Shown: positions 1-10,015, counted from the stretch's first letter. The stretch: DNA of 64,000 nt from Bdellovibrionales bacterium (GCA_041690295.1 JAWLHR010000001.1:192001-256000), one strand, 5' to 3'. The notes: generated by a model not told the origin, from the letters alone. A program made the numbers and translations.

Positions 1-1
1 G

Positions 2-394
2 CTGGCCGAAGCGTCGCAGGAACTCCTGCTTGAACTCGTGGCGCTCCATCCCCGATCCCCCATTAGGGAAGTAACAGTTGTACAAGACGAAATCTTTGAA
101 GCGCGTGATGACCACGCGACCCTCGGTGTCAAATTTACGAATTCCGAAACCGCATTGCACATCAATGGGAACTGTTTTGGTGAAGGTGGCCGTCCCCGAA
201 TACCCGGCCCTTGAGGCGGAGCACCAATAGCCGTGCCAGCCCTGGAGAGTCAGAGACTCTTCTTCCAGTTGATCGGGATGACATTTGGTCTCTTGGATGC
301 ACAAAATATCCGGGTTTTGCGCCTGCCAAAATTCGTAGAATCCTTTTTGGGAAATCGCGCGCAAGCCATTCACGTTCCACGAGATAATTTTCAT
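2..394 (-). CDS. xth: Exodeoxyribonuclease III (AP endonuclease), 5' part; runs off the window edge
   Basis: Not in the ORF track. Manual translation from ATG 394 gives MKIISWNVNGLRA...DILCIQETK...GYSGTA...EGRVV...NCYFPNG, all ExoIII motifs. Confidence 0.93.
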   Translation of the reverse strand, partial: MKIISWNVNGLRAISQKGFYEFWQAQNPDILCIQETKCHPDQLEEESLTLQGWHGYWCSASRAGYSGTATFTKTVPIDVQCGFGIRKFDTEGRVVITRFKDFVLYNCYFPNGGSGMERHEFKQEFLRRFGQ

Positions 395-492
395 ATTGTG
401 AAGGTCGGCCAAGGGCTTTCAGGTGTCAACCGGTGCCTTGATGAATGCGTGAATCTGTGGCACCCCTCTAATCACACACAAGGAGATAAGAT

Positions 493-1017
493 ATGCCCAT
501 GATAGGTCAACCGGCTCCCCAGTTCGTGACTCCCGCCGTGGTCGACGGTGGAGATTTCAAAGACATCAATTTGTCCGATTACAAAGGCAAATGGGTTTGC
601 CTCTTTTTCTATCCGCTGGATTTCACCTTCGTGTGCCCCACGGAAATCACGCAATTTCGTGAGTATCTGAAGGATTTCCGCGCCGAGGGTTGCGAAGTTC
701 TCGGCTGCAGCATCGACAGCGTGCACTCGCACCGCCGCTGGATCAAAGATGATTTGGGTGATTTGGGATACCCTCTTCTCGGCGACGTCACTAAGCGCGT
801 GTCCCGCGATTACGGTGTCCTTCTCGAGGATAAAGGCATCGCCACCCGCGGTACTTTCCTCATCGATCCGGAAGGACGCATTCAATACATGGCCATTCAC
901 AATTTGGATGTCGGCCGCGACGCCAAAGAGATCCTGCGTGTGCTTCAAGGCTTGAAGTCCGGTGAGCTCTGTGGCGCCGGTTGGAAAAAAGGCGAGAAAC
1001 ACGTTCAACCCAAGTAA
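493..1017 (+). CDS. ahpC: 2-Cys peroxiredoxin (AhpC/Prx1 family)
   Basis: FFYPLDFTFVCPTE peroxidatic motif; C-terminal GELCGAGW resolving Cys; AGGAGA SD. Confidence 0.93.
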   Translation: MPMIGQPAPQFVTPAVVDGGDFKDINLSDYKGKWVCLFFYPLDFTFVCPTEITQFREYLKDFRAEGCEVLGCSIDSVHSHRRWIKDDLGDLGYPLLGDVTKRVSRDYGVLLEDKGIATRGTFLIDPEGRIQYMAIHNLDVGRDAKEILRVLQGLKSGELCGAGWKKGEKHVQPK

Positions 1018-2205
1018 TTGTCTTACCTTCATTTTTACAAACAACTCGAAAGCACCGCCCGCACGCTCTTTCCGAGCCTGGGCGGTGTCGAGGTCGCGTG
1101 GGACCACCTGATCTCGCCGCTTGAACTGCGGTTGCCGAAAGACCTTCGTGTGACGGCCGAGCAAGCGATTCAAGCCTTTTACCGTGTCTCTAGACGGCGT
1201 GAATATCAAGACCAACTGACCCCGGATCCGGTGGGATCCGTTCCCATTCCCCATCAATCCGTGTTGATGGCTTATGATTTTCACTCCAATGAAGCGGGCG
1301 AACTTTTTCTGATCGAAATCAACACCAATGCTTCGGGATATTTGCTCGCGAGTGTCATGGAAATGGTGAAGCTCGGAATCAAACCCGAGGATTATCAGCC
1401 GCTCAAGCTTTTACGCGAAAGTTTTCTCTCGGAGCTGACCGCCTTCGGTCATCCGCACTCCAAAGCTCCCTTCGTCGCCATCACCGACGAAGATCTGCGG
1501 AACCAAAAAATGTACCCTGAGTTCCTAATGTACCGCGACCTCTTCACCTCTTGGGGTTGGCGCGCCGAACTGGTCGAGGCCAAAGAATTCACTTTTCACG
1601 ACGGAAAACTGCGCACGCCGAAGGGCGAAATCGTCGATCTCGTCTATAACCGCGCGACGGATTTTTACTTTAATAATCCGGAACTTTCGGCGCTCCGCGA
1701 GGCTCATGTCGCGCGGGCGGCCTGCGTGACGCCGAACCCGAGGGAATATTGGCTTTTGGCGGACAAAGAGCGCTTGATTAACTTAAGTTTCGACGACTTC
1801 TGGCGACGGTTGAACGCGCCCGAATGTCGAGAAGCGATTCAAAAAGTTTTACTTCCCACCTATGAGAAATCCCATTTCAGCTCTGAAAATGAAATTTGGG
1901 ATCAGCGGAAAAGTTTGTTTTTCAAGCCCCGACAATCCCATGGCGGAAAATCAGTTTATCGCGGTGAAAGCGTATCGCGTAAAGTGTTCGAACGCCTGAT
2001 GAGCGAGGACGTGGTGATTCAACGATTCCAACCGGCGCAGAAATTTCCCACCGATGACCCGCGAAGCGTGCTCGCGAATTGGAAATTCGATATCCGATTT
2101 TTCGTTTACCAAGACAAAATTCAACTCGCGGCCGCGCGCGCTTATCAAGGACAAGTGACAAACTTCGCTTCCCCTCTTGGCGGCTTCACACTTGTCCAAT
2201 TTTGA
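1018..2205 (+). CDS. Circularly permuted ATP-grasp protein (glutathione synthetase / GSP-synthase-like peptide ligase)
   Basis: Motifs YDFH...IEINTNASG, LVYNR, FFKPRQSHGGKSVY, VIQRF, FDIRFFVY, QGQVTNF. The TTG start directly follows the Prx stop. Confidence 0.7.
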   Translation: MSYLHFYKQLESTARTLFPSLGGVEVAWDHLISPLELRLPKDLRVTAEQAIQAFYRVSRRREYQDQLTPDPVGSVPIPHQSVLMAYDFHSNEAGELFLIEINTNASGYLLASVMEMVKLGIKPEDYQPLKLLRESFLSELTAFGHPHSKAPFVAITDEDLRNQKMYPEFLMYRDLFTSWGWRAELVEAKEFTFHDGKLRTPKGEIVDLVYNRATDFYFNNPELSALREAHVARAACVTPNPREYWLLADKERLINLSFDDFWRRLNAPECREAIQKVLLPTYEKSHFSSENEIWDQRKSLFFKPRQSHGGKSVYRGESVSRKVFERLMSEDVVIQRFQPAQKFPTDDPRSVLANWKFDIRFFVYQDKIQLAAARAYQGQVTNFASPLGGFTLVQF

Positions 2206-2229
2206 GACGTTTTTGAGCGTTTTTACCCT

Positions 2230-2256
2230 CTAGTCTTGACCGTATTAGTCCGAGAA
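2230..2256 (+). promoter_or_regulatory. Sigma-28 (FliA)-like promoter
   Basis: CTAG-N15-TCCGAGAA versus consensus TAAA-N15-GCCGATAA. Confidence 0.45.
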
Positions 2257-2269
2257 GATTCATGTGACG

Positions 2270-4111
2270 ATGAAAGCGGCAAGCCCACAAAGGCTCCGCC
2301 AGAGCGAAGATTACGGGGCCTTTGACCAATTGAATGGAAACCATCCTTGGCGGGACCGTGTACCCGAAGGCCTGATCCTGTATCCCGTTCGCAAGCTTTC
2401 CGGCGGTAAAGTCTCATACTTCAATTTTGATCTGGCCAAAGAGATGGGTTTGATCCCCAAGGATCATCCGCACCGGATGAATAAAGCGTTAAGCGACAAA
2501 ATCCTTGAAACGTTCTGTATCCGCATCATCAACGAGTACGACGTCAAACACGGCACGCGCTTTCCCACCCGGTCGATCAAGCCGAACCAGTACATGGCCA
2601 CGCGCTACCTGCAGTTGCAACACGCCGATAAATCGGGTCGCACCAGCGGTGACGGCCGTTGCGTTTGGAATGGAGTTTTCGTCGGCAACGGAAAAGTTTG
2701 GGACGTTTCCAGCCGCGGCACGGGTGTCACCGCTCTCGCACCCGGAGTCGTTGAAGCCGGAGAGCCGTTGAAATCCGGAAACAACGAACATGGCTACGGT
2801 TGCGGAATGGCGGAAATTGACGAGTTGTTCGGCGCCGCGATTTTGGCCGAAATTTTTCACCGCAATCAAATTCCGACCGAGCGAGTGCTCACCATCATTG
2901 ATTTGGGCAAGGGCATCGGGATCGGCGTTCGCGCCGCGCCCAATCTGATCCGACCCGCGCACATGTTCTTGTACCTGAAACAAGGTAAGCTGGATCCGCT
3001 TCGCCGCGCGGTCGATTACATGATTGATCGCCAGTGGGCCAATAAAGTCTGGCCGATCAAGCCCGACGACAAAGATCGATATGACAAATTGATGAAAGAA
3101 GTGACCCGCTCGTTCGCCCGTTTCGCCGCGCGCTTGGAGCGCGATTACATTTTCGCCTGGTTGGATTGGGACGGAGACAACGTTCTGGCCGATGCCGGTA
3201 TCATCGATTACGGCAGTGTTCGCCAGTTCGGTTTGCGCCACGACCAGTACCGCTATGACGACGTCGAACGCTGGTCGACTAATTTGAATGAGCAGCGCCT
3301 GAAAGCGCGTGAAATCGTGCGAACTTTCGCGCAAATGATTGAATTCATCAAAACCGGCGTGAAAACCCCTTTCCGCCAGTTCGACAACAGCCCGTGGCTG
3401 CGCGAATTCGACAAGGAATTCAATCAAGGCCTGCTGGAACATTTCCTTTTTCAAATCGGTTTTCCCGAGCCGCAGCGTCGGCTTTTAATGAACAAACATC
3501 GCAAAGACGTCGAGCGCTTTTTTGCCATTCACACGGAATTCGAGCGGGTCAAAACCTACCGGAAACTGCACAAGGTGGCCGATGGCATTCACCGGCCGGC
3601 GATCTTCAATATGCGCAAAGCCTTGGCCATGATGCCGGAGTATTTGTCGGAATTGCCGTCGGAGATGATCCCCCTTGTGGAATCCCGCGAATTTTTCGGC
3701 TGGATCTTGTCCTCACAGGCCGCCCGTAAGGACCGACGATTGACCCTTTATCGCCGGCGGCAAATCGCGGTTTGGCAGGAGTGTTATTTGCAACTGCTCC
3801 GTCGTGTCACCACGCCGGCCACATGGGCGAAAACGGTGGCGGCGGTGAAAGAACGCGCCCAAATGATCAATAATGAATGCCGGATCACCGGAAACGCCTT
3901 GATTCATATCGTGGATGAGATTCTGCGTTACCGACGACGAGGGCTTTCTGACGCCGAGATTCAAATGGCCATCGATGAATTGATTTCCGCGCAAACCTTG
4001 AATCCCGATCATAAATCCCCTTCAGCGCCCGCTAAAAGAGGTGCCCCGTCGGTTAAGAATCTAATGCGTAACTTTCTGTCCGTTGTGCACGGATATCGCG
4101 AAGATATTTGA
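2270..4111 (+). CDS. Divergent SelO/YdiU-family protein adenylyltransferase
   Basis: SGDGR, SRGTG.T, IPTERVL, VRAAPNLIRPAH, DGDN...IIDYG match SelO motifs in order. Alternative GTG start at 2264. Confidence 0.72.
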   Translation: MKAASPQRLRQSEDYGAFDQLNGNHPWRDRVPEGLILYPVRKLSGGKVSYFNFDLAKEMGLIPKDHPHRMNKALSDKILETFCIRIINEYDVKHGTRFPTRSIKPNQYMATRYLQLQHADKSGRTSGDGRCVWNGVFVGNGKVWDVSSRGTGVTALAPGVVEAGEPLKSGNNEHGYGCGMAEIDELFGAAILAEIFHRNQIPTERVLTIIDLGKGIGIGVRAAPNLIRPAHMFLYLKQGKLDPLRRAVDYMIDRQWANKVWPIKPDDKDRYDKLMKEVTRSFARFAARLERDYIFAWLDWDGDNVLADAGIIDYGSVRQFGLRHDQYRYDDVERWSTNLNEQRLKAREIVRTFAQMIEFIKTGVKTPFRQFDNSPWLREFDKEFNQGLLEHFLFQIGFPEPQRRLLMNKHRKDVERFFAIHTEFERVKTYRKLHKVADGIHRPAIFNMRKALAMMPEYLSELPSEMIPLVESREFFGWILSSQAARKDRRLTLYRRRQIAVWQECYLQLLRRVTTPATWAKTVAAVKERAQMINNECRITGNALIHIVDEILRYRRRGLSDAEIQMAIDELISAQTLNPDHKSPSAPAKRGAPSVKNLMRNFLSVVHGYREDI

Positions 4112-4157
4112 CCTTTTGGGCTTGTTGTCGCCCCCCAAATCTCATATTTTACCAGAC

Positions 4158-5126
4158 ATGTGGGTTATTACTGGAGCCACGGGCTTTATCGGTAGCGCTC
4201 TCGCCTGGGAACTGAACCAGCACGGCGAAAAGGACTTATTGCTCTCTGATCACGTCCCGCCGAGCGAGCGGCCGGATCATTTGCGAAAGCGGAAATACTC
4301 GGAATTCGTCCTCGCCGAGGACTTGTTCGAGCGTCTTCCCCAATGGGCCGCCAAAATCAAAGGTGTTTTCCACATGGGCGCTTGCTCAACCACCACCGAA
4401 ACCGATGAAGCCTATTTGCAAAAGAACAATGTTGAATATTCACAACGCATTTTCGAATTCTGCGCGAAAAACAAGATCCCATTGATTTACGCGAGCAGCG
4501 CCGCCACCTACGGTGACGGCAAGCAGGGTTTTGATGACGCCATTGACTCCAAATTGCTCAAGCCACTGAATCTCTACGGTTGGTCGAAGATCAAATTCGA
4601 TATTTGGGCGATGGCCCAAGAGGTCACGCCGCCGCGTTGGTACGGATTGCGCTTCTTCAATGTGTACGGGCCCAACGAGTACCATAAAGGCGAGCAAGCC
4701 AGTGTGGTGTTCAAGGCCTATAATCAGATCCGCGAGCACGGATCACTTCGCCTTTTCCGCTCTCATGATCCCAAGTACAAAGACGGCGAGCAACTTCGCG
4801 ATTTCGTCTACGTTAAGGACGTGACCCGCTGGATGCGCGAACTAATGGGCAAAGAATCCGTCCCGTCGGGAATTTACAATATGGGTTTCGGCCGGGCGCG
4901 CACTTGGTTGGATTTAGCCAAGAACACGTTTCTGGCGATGAACAAAGAGATGCGCATCGAATGGATCGACATTCCCGCCAGTATCCGCGATCAGTACCAA
5001 TACTTCACTGAAGCCAAAATGGACCGGTTTCTCAGCCATGGACTCACTCCACCTCAGTGGCCGCTGGAAGCCGGAGTCGAAGATTACGTGACTAATTATT
5101 TAACTCAAACGGACCGTTACCTATGA
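4158..5126 (+). CDS. hldD: ADP-L-glycero-D-manno-heptose 6-epimerase
   Basis: ITGATGFIGS, FHMGACSTT, YASSAATYG, PLNLYGWSK, RFFNVYGPNEYHKG, YQYFTEA. Confidence 0.95.
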   Translation: MWVITGATGFIGSALAWELNQHGEKDLLLSDHVPPSERPDHLRKRKYSEFVLAEDLFERLPQWAAKIKGVFHMGACSTTTETDEAYLQKNNVEYSQRIFEFCAKNKIPLIYASSAATYGDGKQGFDDAIDSKLLKPLNLYGWSKIKFDIWAMAQEVTPPRWYGLRFFNVYGPNEYHKGEQASVVFKAYNQIREHGSLRLFRSHDPKYKDGEQLRDFVYVKDVTRWMRELMGKESVPSGIYNMGFGRARTWLDLAKNTFLAMNKEMRIEWIDIPASIRDQYQYFTEAKMDRFLSHGLTPPQWPLEAGVEDYVTNYLTQTDRYL

Positions 5127-6862
5127 CCGCCACGACTCGGGGGAGAATTCCATCTCATTTGCTTCGTTACGTGGTCGATCAGGATTACGATCGGTACACT
5201 CCTGAAGACCACGCCGTCTGGCGTTTTATCCTGCGCCAGTTAAGGGATTACCTTTCCAAGCACGCTCACGAAAGTTACATGGCGGGTTTGGAAAAAACCG
5301 GAATCACGATTGATCGCATTCCGCGGATTTCCGAGATCGATGAACATTTGGAACGGCTGGGTTGGGGCGCGGTGCCGGTCAGCGGATTCATTCCGCCGGC
5401 GGCGTTCATGGAATTTCAAAGCCTGGGAATTTTACCCATCGCCAGCGATATGCGCTCGATACATCATCTGCTCTACACTCCGGCACCGGACATCGTGCAC
5501 GAGGCGGCGGGCCATGCGCCGTTTCTCGCGGATCCGGATTATGCCGCGTATTTGCGCCGCTACGGCGAAGTCGCCCGCCATGCCATCATCAGTCGTCAGG
5601 ACCTGGAACAATATGAAGCCATCCGCGTTCTCAGCGATGTCAAAGAACATCCCGACTCCACGCCTGAAGTTATCGCCGCGGCCGAAAAGCGTCTGGTCGA
5701 TGTGAATAACCGGATCAGCTTCGTTTCAGAGGCCGCGCTCCTTTCGCGAATGAATTGGTGGACCGCCGAGTACGGCTTGGTCGGCCGCTTGAACGAACCT
5801 AAAATTTACGGCGCGGGCCTTTTGTCGTCCGTGGGTGAATCGCGCCAATGCTTGAGTTCCCGAGTTAAAAAAATTCCCTTAACCGTGGACTGCGTGGATT
5901 ACGGCTATGACATCACGGAACCGCAACCCCAATTATTCGTGGCCGATGATTTTTCCCATCTGAGCGACGTCCTTGATGAACTCAAGGGTCGCATGGCTTA
6001 TCGTCTCGGTGGTGAGGCCGGATTGAAACGGGCGATCGAAGCGGAAACCGTGAACACGGTGGAGCTGGATTCGGGATTGCAGATCTCGGGATATCTCAAA
6101 GATTACGTCGGGCCGGATTTCGCGCTGGGAACATATCTCCGTTTTGAAGGGCCGGTGCAGCTGGCGTTTGACCGCGACGAAATCGCGGGACACGGGACAA
6201 CCCGTCACGCGCACGGCTATTCAACGCCGGTCGGTCCGATCAAAGGTCAGTCGATGCCGCTTCATAAATGTACATCGAGTGATTTGAGCCGATTCGGATT
6301 GCGATCGGGAGAGAAAGCCCGACTCGAATTTGAAAGCGGCGTCGTGGTTGAAGGCGAGTTCATCAAACCGCATTTTTACAACGATCAGCTCGTGCTCCTC
6401 ACCTTTAAAAACTGCCGTGTGACCTTGGGCGATCAGCTCTTATTTGACCCGGCCTGGGGTGAATACGATATGGGCGTGGGCGCCAAGATCAAATCCGTCT
6501 TTGGCGGGCCCGCCGATCGAGAGCGTTACGGCTCGACCGAAGATTTCGTGGCGCAAAGGGTTCCTCCGCGGAAATTCACCGAAAAACAAAAAAGCCGGCA
6601 CGACCTTTTTGCGTCCATTCGTGACGCCCGTGAAAACGGTGTGTCCGCGGATGGCTTCGAGAAGCTTTGCCGGTCCTATTTGGAATTGGATGCCGCGGAT
6701 TGGTTGCCGGGCATCGAGCTTTTGGAAATCAGTTATAAACGGAATATCGCAACGGAGATGCGCGACACGATTCTGCAGCGTTTGCGTCCGGACCAATTCA
6801 CCGCCGAGGAAACTCGCATGGCGGTTGAAGACGGCTTGAGGCTGGCGCGGGCAGGAGTATGA
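5123..6862 (+). CDS. phhA: Phenylalanine 4-monooxygenase (long-form aromatic amino acid hydroxylase)
   Basis: YTPAPDIVHEAAGHAP iron-binding motif, WWTAEYGL, YGAGLLSSVGE, YDITEPQPQLFV. Confidence 0.9.
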   Translation: MTATTRGRIPSHLLRYVVDQDYDRYTPEDHAVWRFILRQLRDYLSKHAHESYMAGLEKTGITIDRIPRISEIDEHLERLGWGAVPVSGFIPPAAFMEFQSLGILPIASDMRSIHHLLYTPAPDIVHEAAGHAPFLADPDYAAYLRRYGEVARHAIISRQDLEQYEAIRVLSDVKEHPDSTPEVIAAAEKRLVDVNNRISFVSEAALLSRMNWWTAEYGLVGRLNEPKIYGAGLLSSVGESRQCLSSRVKKIPLTVDCVDYGYDITEPQPQLFVADDFSHLSDVLDELKGRMAYRLGGEAGLKRAIEAETVNTVELDSGLQISGYLKDYVGPDFALGTYLRFEGPVQLAFDRDEIAGHGTTRHAHGYSTPVGPIKGQSMPLHKCTSSDLSRFGLRSGEKARLEFESGVVVEGEFIKPHFYNDQLVLLTFKNCRVTLGDQLLFDPAWGEYDMGVGAKIKSVFGGPADRERYGSTEDFVAQRVPPRKFTEKQKSRHDLFASIRDARENGVSADGFEKLCRSYLELDAADWLPGIELLEISYKRNIATEMRDTILQRLRPDQFTAEETRMAVEDGLRLARAGV

Positions 6863-7638
6863 ATTTAAATCTCGTTCTCGTTCGAACCGAACATTCCGCC
6901 AATGTGGGCGCCACCATGCGGGCCGTGGCCAACATGGGTTGGCACCGGCTGATCATGGTGAATCCCCGATGTAAAATCGACTCACAAGCGCGGCAAATGG
7001 CCGTGGGTTGCGCCGGCCGGTTATCCGAAATTGTTCACTATCCAACGTGGTCCGAGTTTTACGCGACCGAAGGTGAAGGTCTTCGCATCGCGCTGACCCG
7101 GCGGGCGGGGAAAAAGCGTCGAGTCACTCCTTTGGAACACGAAATTCAAGGGCTTGCGAAATCGGATGTGGAAAACCTTTACCTCATCCTCGGACCGGAA
7201 TCAGATGGTTTGGACAGCGAGGACATGGCGTTCGTGAATCATGCCTGTCACCTTCCCGTTTACGGGGATTTCGCCAGTTTGAATCTCAGCCAGGCCGCGC
7301 TTTTGGCCATGTACATCGTCCGGCGCGAAATCACCTCCGAGAATCGAGTTCAACTCACCACCGGCCGGCCGGCACGCCCCGTTCGCCCGTTTTATTTCCC
7401 GGATGGCACCATTCGCCGATGGTTGGAAGCGATGGGATTTGATATCTCGGCCCGCCGATCCAGCGCCTATCTCACCATACGCCGCTTGTTTTTGCAGAAC
7501 CGCCCCACCCGCCACGAAATGCAAGTTCTGGACGCGGTCCTTCAGCAAAATATCAGAAAACTTTCGGAACGAAGCGGGAATTCAGTCGGATTTTTTGCGG
7601 AAGAGCTGGCTGATCACCGTGGTGATGTCCGCAGTTAA
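6859..7638 (+). CDS. SPOUT RNA methyltransferase, TrmJ/TrmH family
   Basis: NVGATMRAVANMG, ILGPESDGL, SLNLSQAA. Confidence 0.85.
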   Translation: MNLNLVLVRTEHSANVGATMRAVANMGWHRLIMVNPRCKIDSQARQMAVGCAGRLSEIVHYPTWSEFYATEGEGLRIALTRRAGKKRRVTPLEHEIQGLAKSDVENLYLILGPESDGLDSEDMAFVNHACHLPVYGDFASLNLSQAALLAMYIVRREITSENRVQLTTGRPARPVRPFYFPDGTIRRWLEAMGFDISARRSSAYLTIRRLFLQNRPTRHEMQVLDAVLQQNIRKLSERSGNSVGFFAEELADHRGDVRS

Positions 7639-9519
7639 GTAATCGATCTTTTCTTCCTTTTGCGGGCGACCGAGGGCGTTTAACTCGCGCCGTGCTTCAC
7701 TGAACGATCCATCGGCGTCGATGGCCTTCTCAAAGGACGACGTGGCGCCCGCCACATCACCCAATTGTTTCTTCACCTGACCGACGGCCATGTAATAATA
7801 AGCGGAACGACGATCGTCGACCGGCAGCTTTTCCAATTTGCGTAAGGTCTCCTGAAGAGTCGCCTTGGGAATTCCCGTTTGCGCTTTGCACTCCGCCCAC
7901 ACTCTGATCATGAAGGCCAGGTTGGTGCTGTGCCACACCTCGGCTTCTTTGATCGCGGCAAGAGCTTCCTGGAATTGACCCCGGCGCAGATAATCCAGAC
8001 CCGAAGCCACCAACTCGGAAGACCTTTTTTGGTTTTCCAGAATTTGCGTCTTCTTCTTTTCCATCAATTCCGCACGGCCTTTTTCATCGATCATCGTATC
8101 TTTCGCGGCGCTCACCAGTTCGAAACACTTGCGGCACCAATCGCGAATTTTGGGATCGCAATCCATTGGAAGCTGATCCGGATGATTGGACTTCACATAT
8201 TGATCGAAAATCCCGGTAATCACGCCCACGGGCGCCATCGAAGGAGCGCCGAAATACTGGAAAATCTCATCGGCGTTACGATTCTCCAGTTCCCAATGCA
8301 TGCTGATGTACCGGTTCAACAGAGCGTCCATGTTTTTCGCGCGTGAAGCGTCGTCAAAGATGATTTCGCGGTTCAGAGCCAGGATGTGAATCGCGCGGTA
8401 GATGGCTAGACGCTGCTCAGAATGAGCCTCGAGCGCTTTGCCCAAGGTCTCATTACCTTTCACAACTTCCTTTAAGAAATCCAGCGAATGAAATTCCGGC
8501 CGGCTCCAGTATTTTTCCAGCTCAGCGAAATCCCTCGTGCAACGAACGGGTGAATTTTTCACTTCGGTGTAGAACTGGGACATATTGTGCTCGTTATAGA
8601 ACTCGTCGAAAGATTCAATGACCGAATCCACGATACGTTCCCGACTTACCGATAAATTCGCCGATGTATCGACCGTTTCACTTAAACTGAAATTCAGGTG
8701 CATGGAGCTGGACTGGCAAATTGTTTTAAGGTCCGCCAGACATTGCATGAGTTTGGCTTCCGCCACCGCGTGGGGACTCACCAAACCCTCTTGAATCAAA
8801 TGTTCTATGGTGAACTTTCTGTTTCCATCGCGCTGGAACTCGTCAAAGTCCTCTTGGTTGAGGAATCCGTTTGAAATCAGCGTCAGGATGGCATTCGCCT
8901 GGGAATCAGAGCTATCGACATTGACGACGTACCCGTTATTGATCGTCACGCCGAACAGTTCGCCTTGATCGTTCACGATATTCAAATGACCGCTCAGCGG
9001 CGGCTCAAGAAGAATGGCAAGCACATAGGGAAAATCCGTACCCTTGACGGACTCCAGGTATTCTATGGCCTTCGCCCGTTCGCGAATCGAATTAAAATTG
9101 CGCGTCAGGAGCATGTTGGCCGTCCAGCGCTCGGAGCCCAACGCATCCTTGAACGCCACTTTGAGAACGTTCATAAGCTCTTCGGCGCCGAAGGGCTTAA
9201 ACAGGAAATCGGCCGCGCCGGTTTTTTGAATGGCATCGGTGGAGAACGCTTTGTCTTTGAAGACGCCGCTTAAGAGCACCACGGGATTGTCGGCGAATTT
9301 GGTTTTGCGGAATTCTTTCACCAGATCAACGCCGCTCATCTTCGGCAAAAGAACATCCACCAGCGCGGCATCCACCGCCTGAAGTTTCACCACATTCAAG
9401 GCGTCCATGGGTTTGCTCGCCACCACCGGTTTCAAACCCATGCGCCTTACCACTTCACTGAGGAGCTGGCTGCTGGATTTATCATCATCGACAATTAATA
9501 CCTTGGCGGCGTTTCTCAT
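7582..9519 (-). CDS. Response regulator with central (DUF4388-like) region, J-domain-like segment and C-terminal TPRs
   Basis: N-terminal REC (IVDDD, DVLLP, KPF); NHPD motif followed by FELVSAAKDTM; TPR-like helices. Confidence 0.75.
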   Translation of the reverse strand: MRNAAKVLIVDDDKSSSQLLSEVVRRMGLKPVVASKPMDALNVVKLQAVDAALVDVLLPKMSGVDLVKEFRKTKFADNPVVLLSGVFKDKAFSTDAIQKTGAADFLFKPFGAEELMNVLKVAFKDALGSERWTANMLLTRNFNSIRERAKAIEYLESVKGTDFPYVLAILLEPPLSGHLNIVNDQGELFGVTINNGYVVNVDSSDSQANAILTLISNGFLNQEDFDEFQRDGNRKFTIEHLIQEGLVSPHAVAEAKLMQCLADLKTICQSSSMHLNFSLSETVDTSANLSVSRERIVDSVIESFDEFYNEHNMSQFYTEVKNSPVRCTRDFAELEKYWSRPEFHSLDFLKEVVKGNETLGKALEAHSEQRLAIYRAIHILALNREIIFDDASRAKNMDALLNRYISMHWELENRNADEIFQYFGAPSMAPVGVITGIFDQYVKSNHPDQLPMDCDPKIRDWCRKCFELVSAAKDTMIDEKGRAELMEKKKTQILENQKRSSELVASGLDYLRRGQFQEALAAIKEAEVWHSTNLAFMIRVWAECKAQTGIPKATLQETLRKLEKLPVDDRRSAYYYMAVGQVKKQLGDVAGATSSFEKAIDADGSFSEARRELNALGRPQKEEKIDYLTADITTVISQLFRKKSD

Positions 9520-9526
9520 CGCTTCT

Positions 9527-9553
9527 TTATCGGAAGAATGACGTCACGATTGG
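9527..9553 (-). promoter_or_regulatory. Sigma-28-like promoter
   Basis: CCAA-N15-TCCGATAA just upstream of ATG 9519. Confidence 0.5.
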
Positions 9554-9571
9554 ATGGACGAACGTCCAGAG

Positions 9572-9985
9572 CTAGCCGGCGTCGGGATTATGCTTCTTCC
9601 AGGCGTCGTTGATCTTTTTGGTCAGGGTTTCTAGGTTGAAGGGCTTCACCACGTAACCCGAGACCCCCGCACCGGCGGCCTCGATCACCGCGCCTTTTTC
9701 CGACTCAGTGGTCACCAAAACGAAGGGTAATTGTTCAAATTCTTTTTCCGCCCGAACCTGGCGAAGAAAGTCCAGGCCGCTCGGGCCCGGCATATTCAAA
9801 TCAGAAAGAACCAATCCAATGGCATGCGGGGTTTTGGCGAAAAATTTCAACTTACCCAAGGCTTCCACCGCATCCTCGGCGGTGGTGATCTTCGAAAAAC
9901 CCAATCGCTGGAGAGAATCCACCACGATGCGGCGGATGTTCAATGAATCATCGACAACCAACACGTGTGTTTCTTTGGCGAACAT
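9572..9985 (-). CDS. CheY-like single-domain response regulator
   Basis: VVDD, SDLNMP, VTTESEK, YVVKPF. Confidence 0.9.
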   Translation of the reverse strand: MFAKETHVLVVDDSLNIRRIVVDSLQRLGFSKITTAEDAVEALGKLKFFAKTPHAIGLVLSDLNMPGPSGLDFLRQVRAEKEFEQLPFVLVTTESEKGAVIEAAGAGVSGYVVKPFNLETLTKKINDAWKKHNPDAG

Positions 9986-10015
9986 TCCCTGCGCTCCTCA
10001 AAAAACCGGCCGGAA

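Noticed and set aside
4109..4140. Selenocysteine readthrough at the SelO-like TGA
   Set aside because: No Cys-x-x context, and the downstream sequence is better explained as the hldD promoter.
7582..7638. 57-nt convergent overlap as antisense regulation
   Set aside because: Short tail-to-tail overlaps are common in compact genomes; no further evidence.
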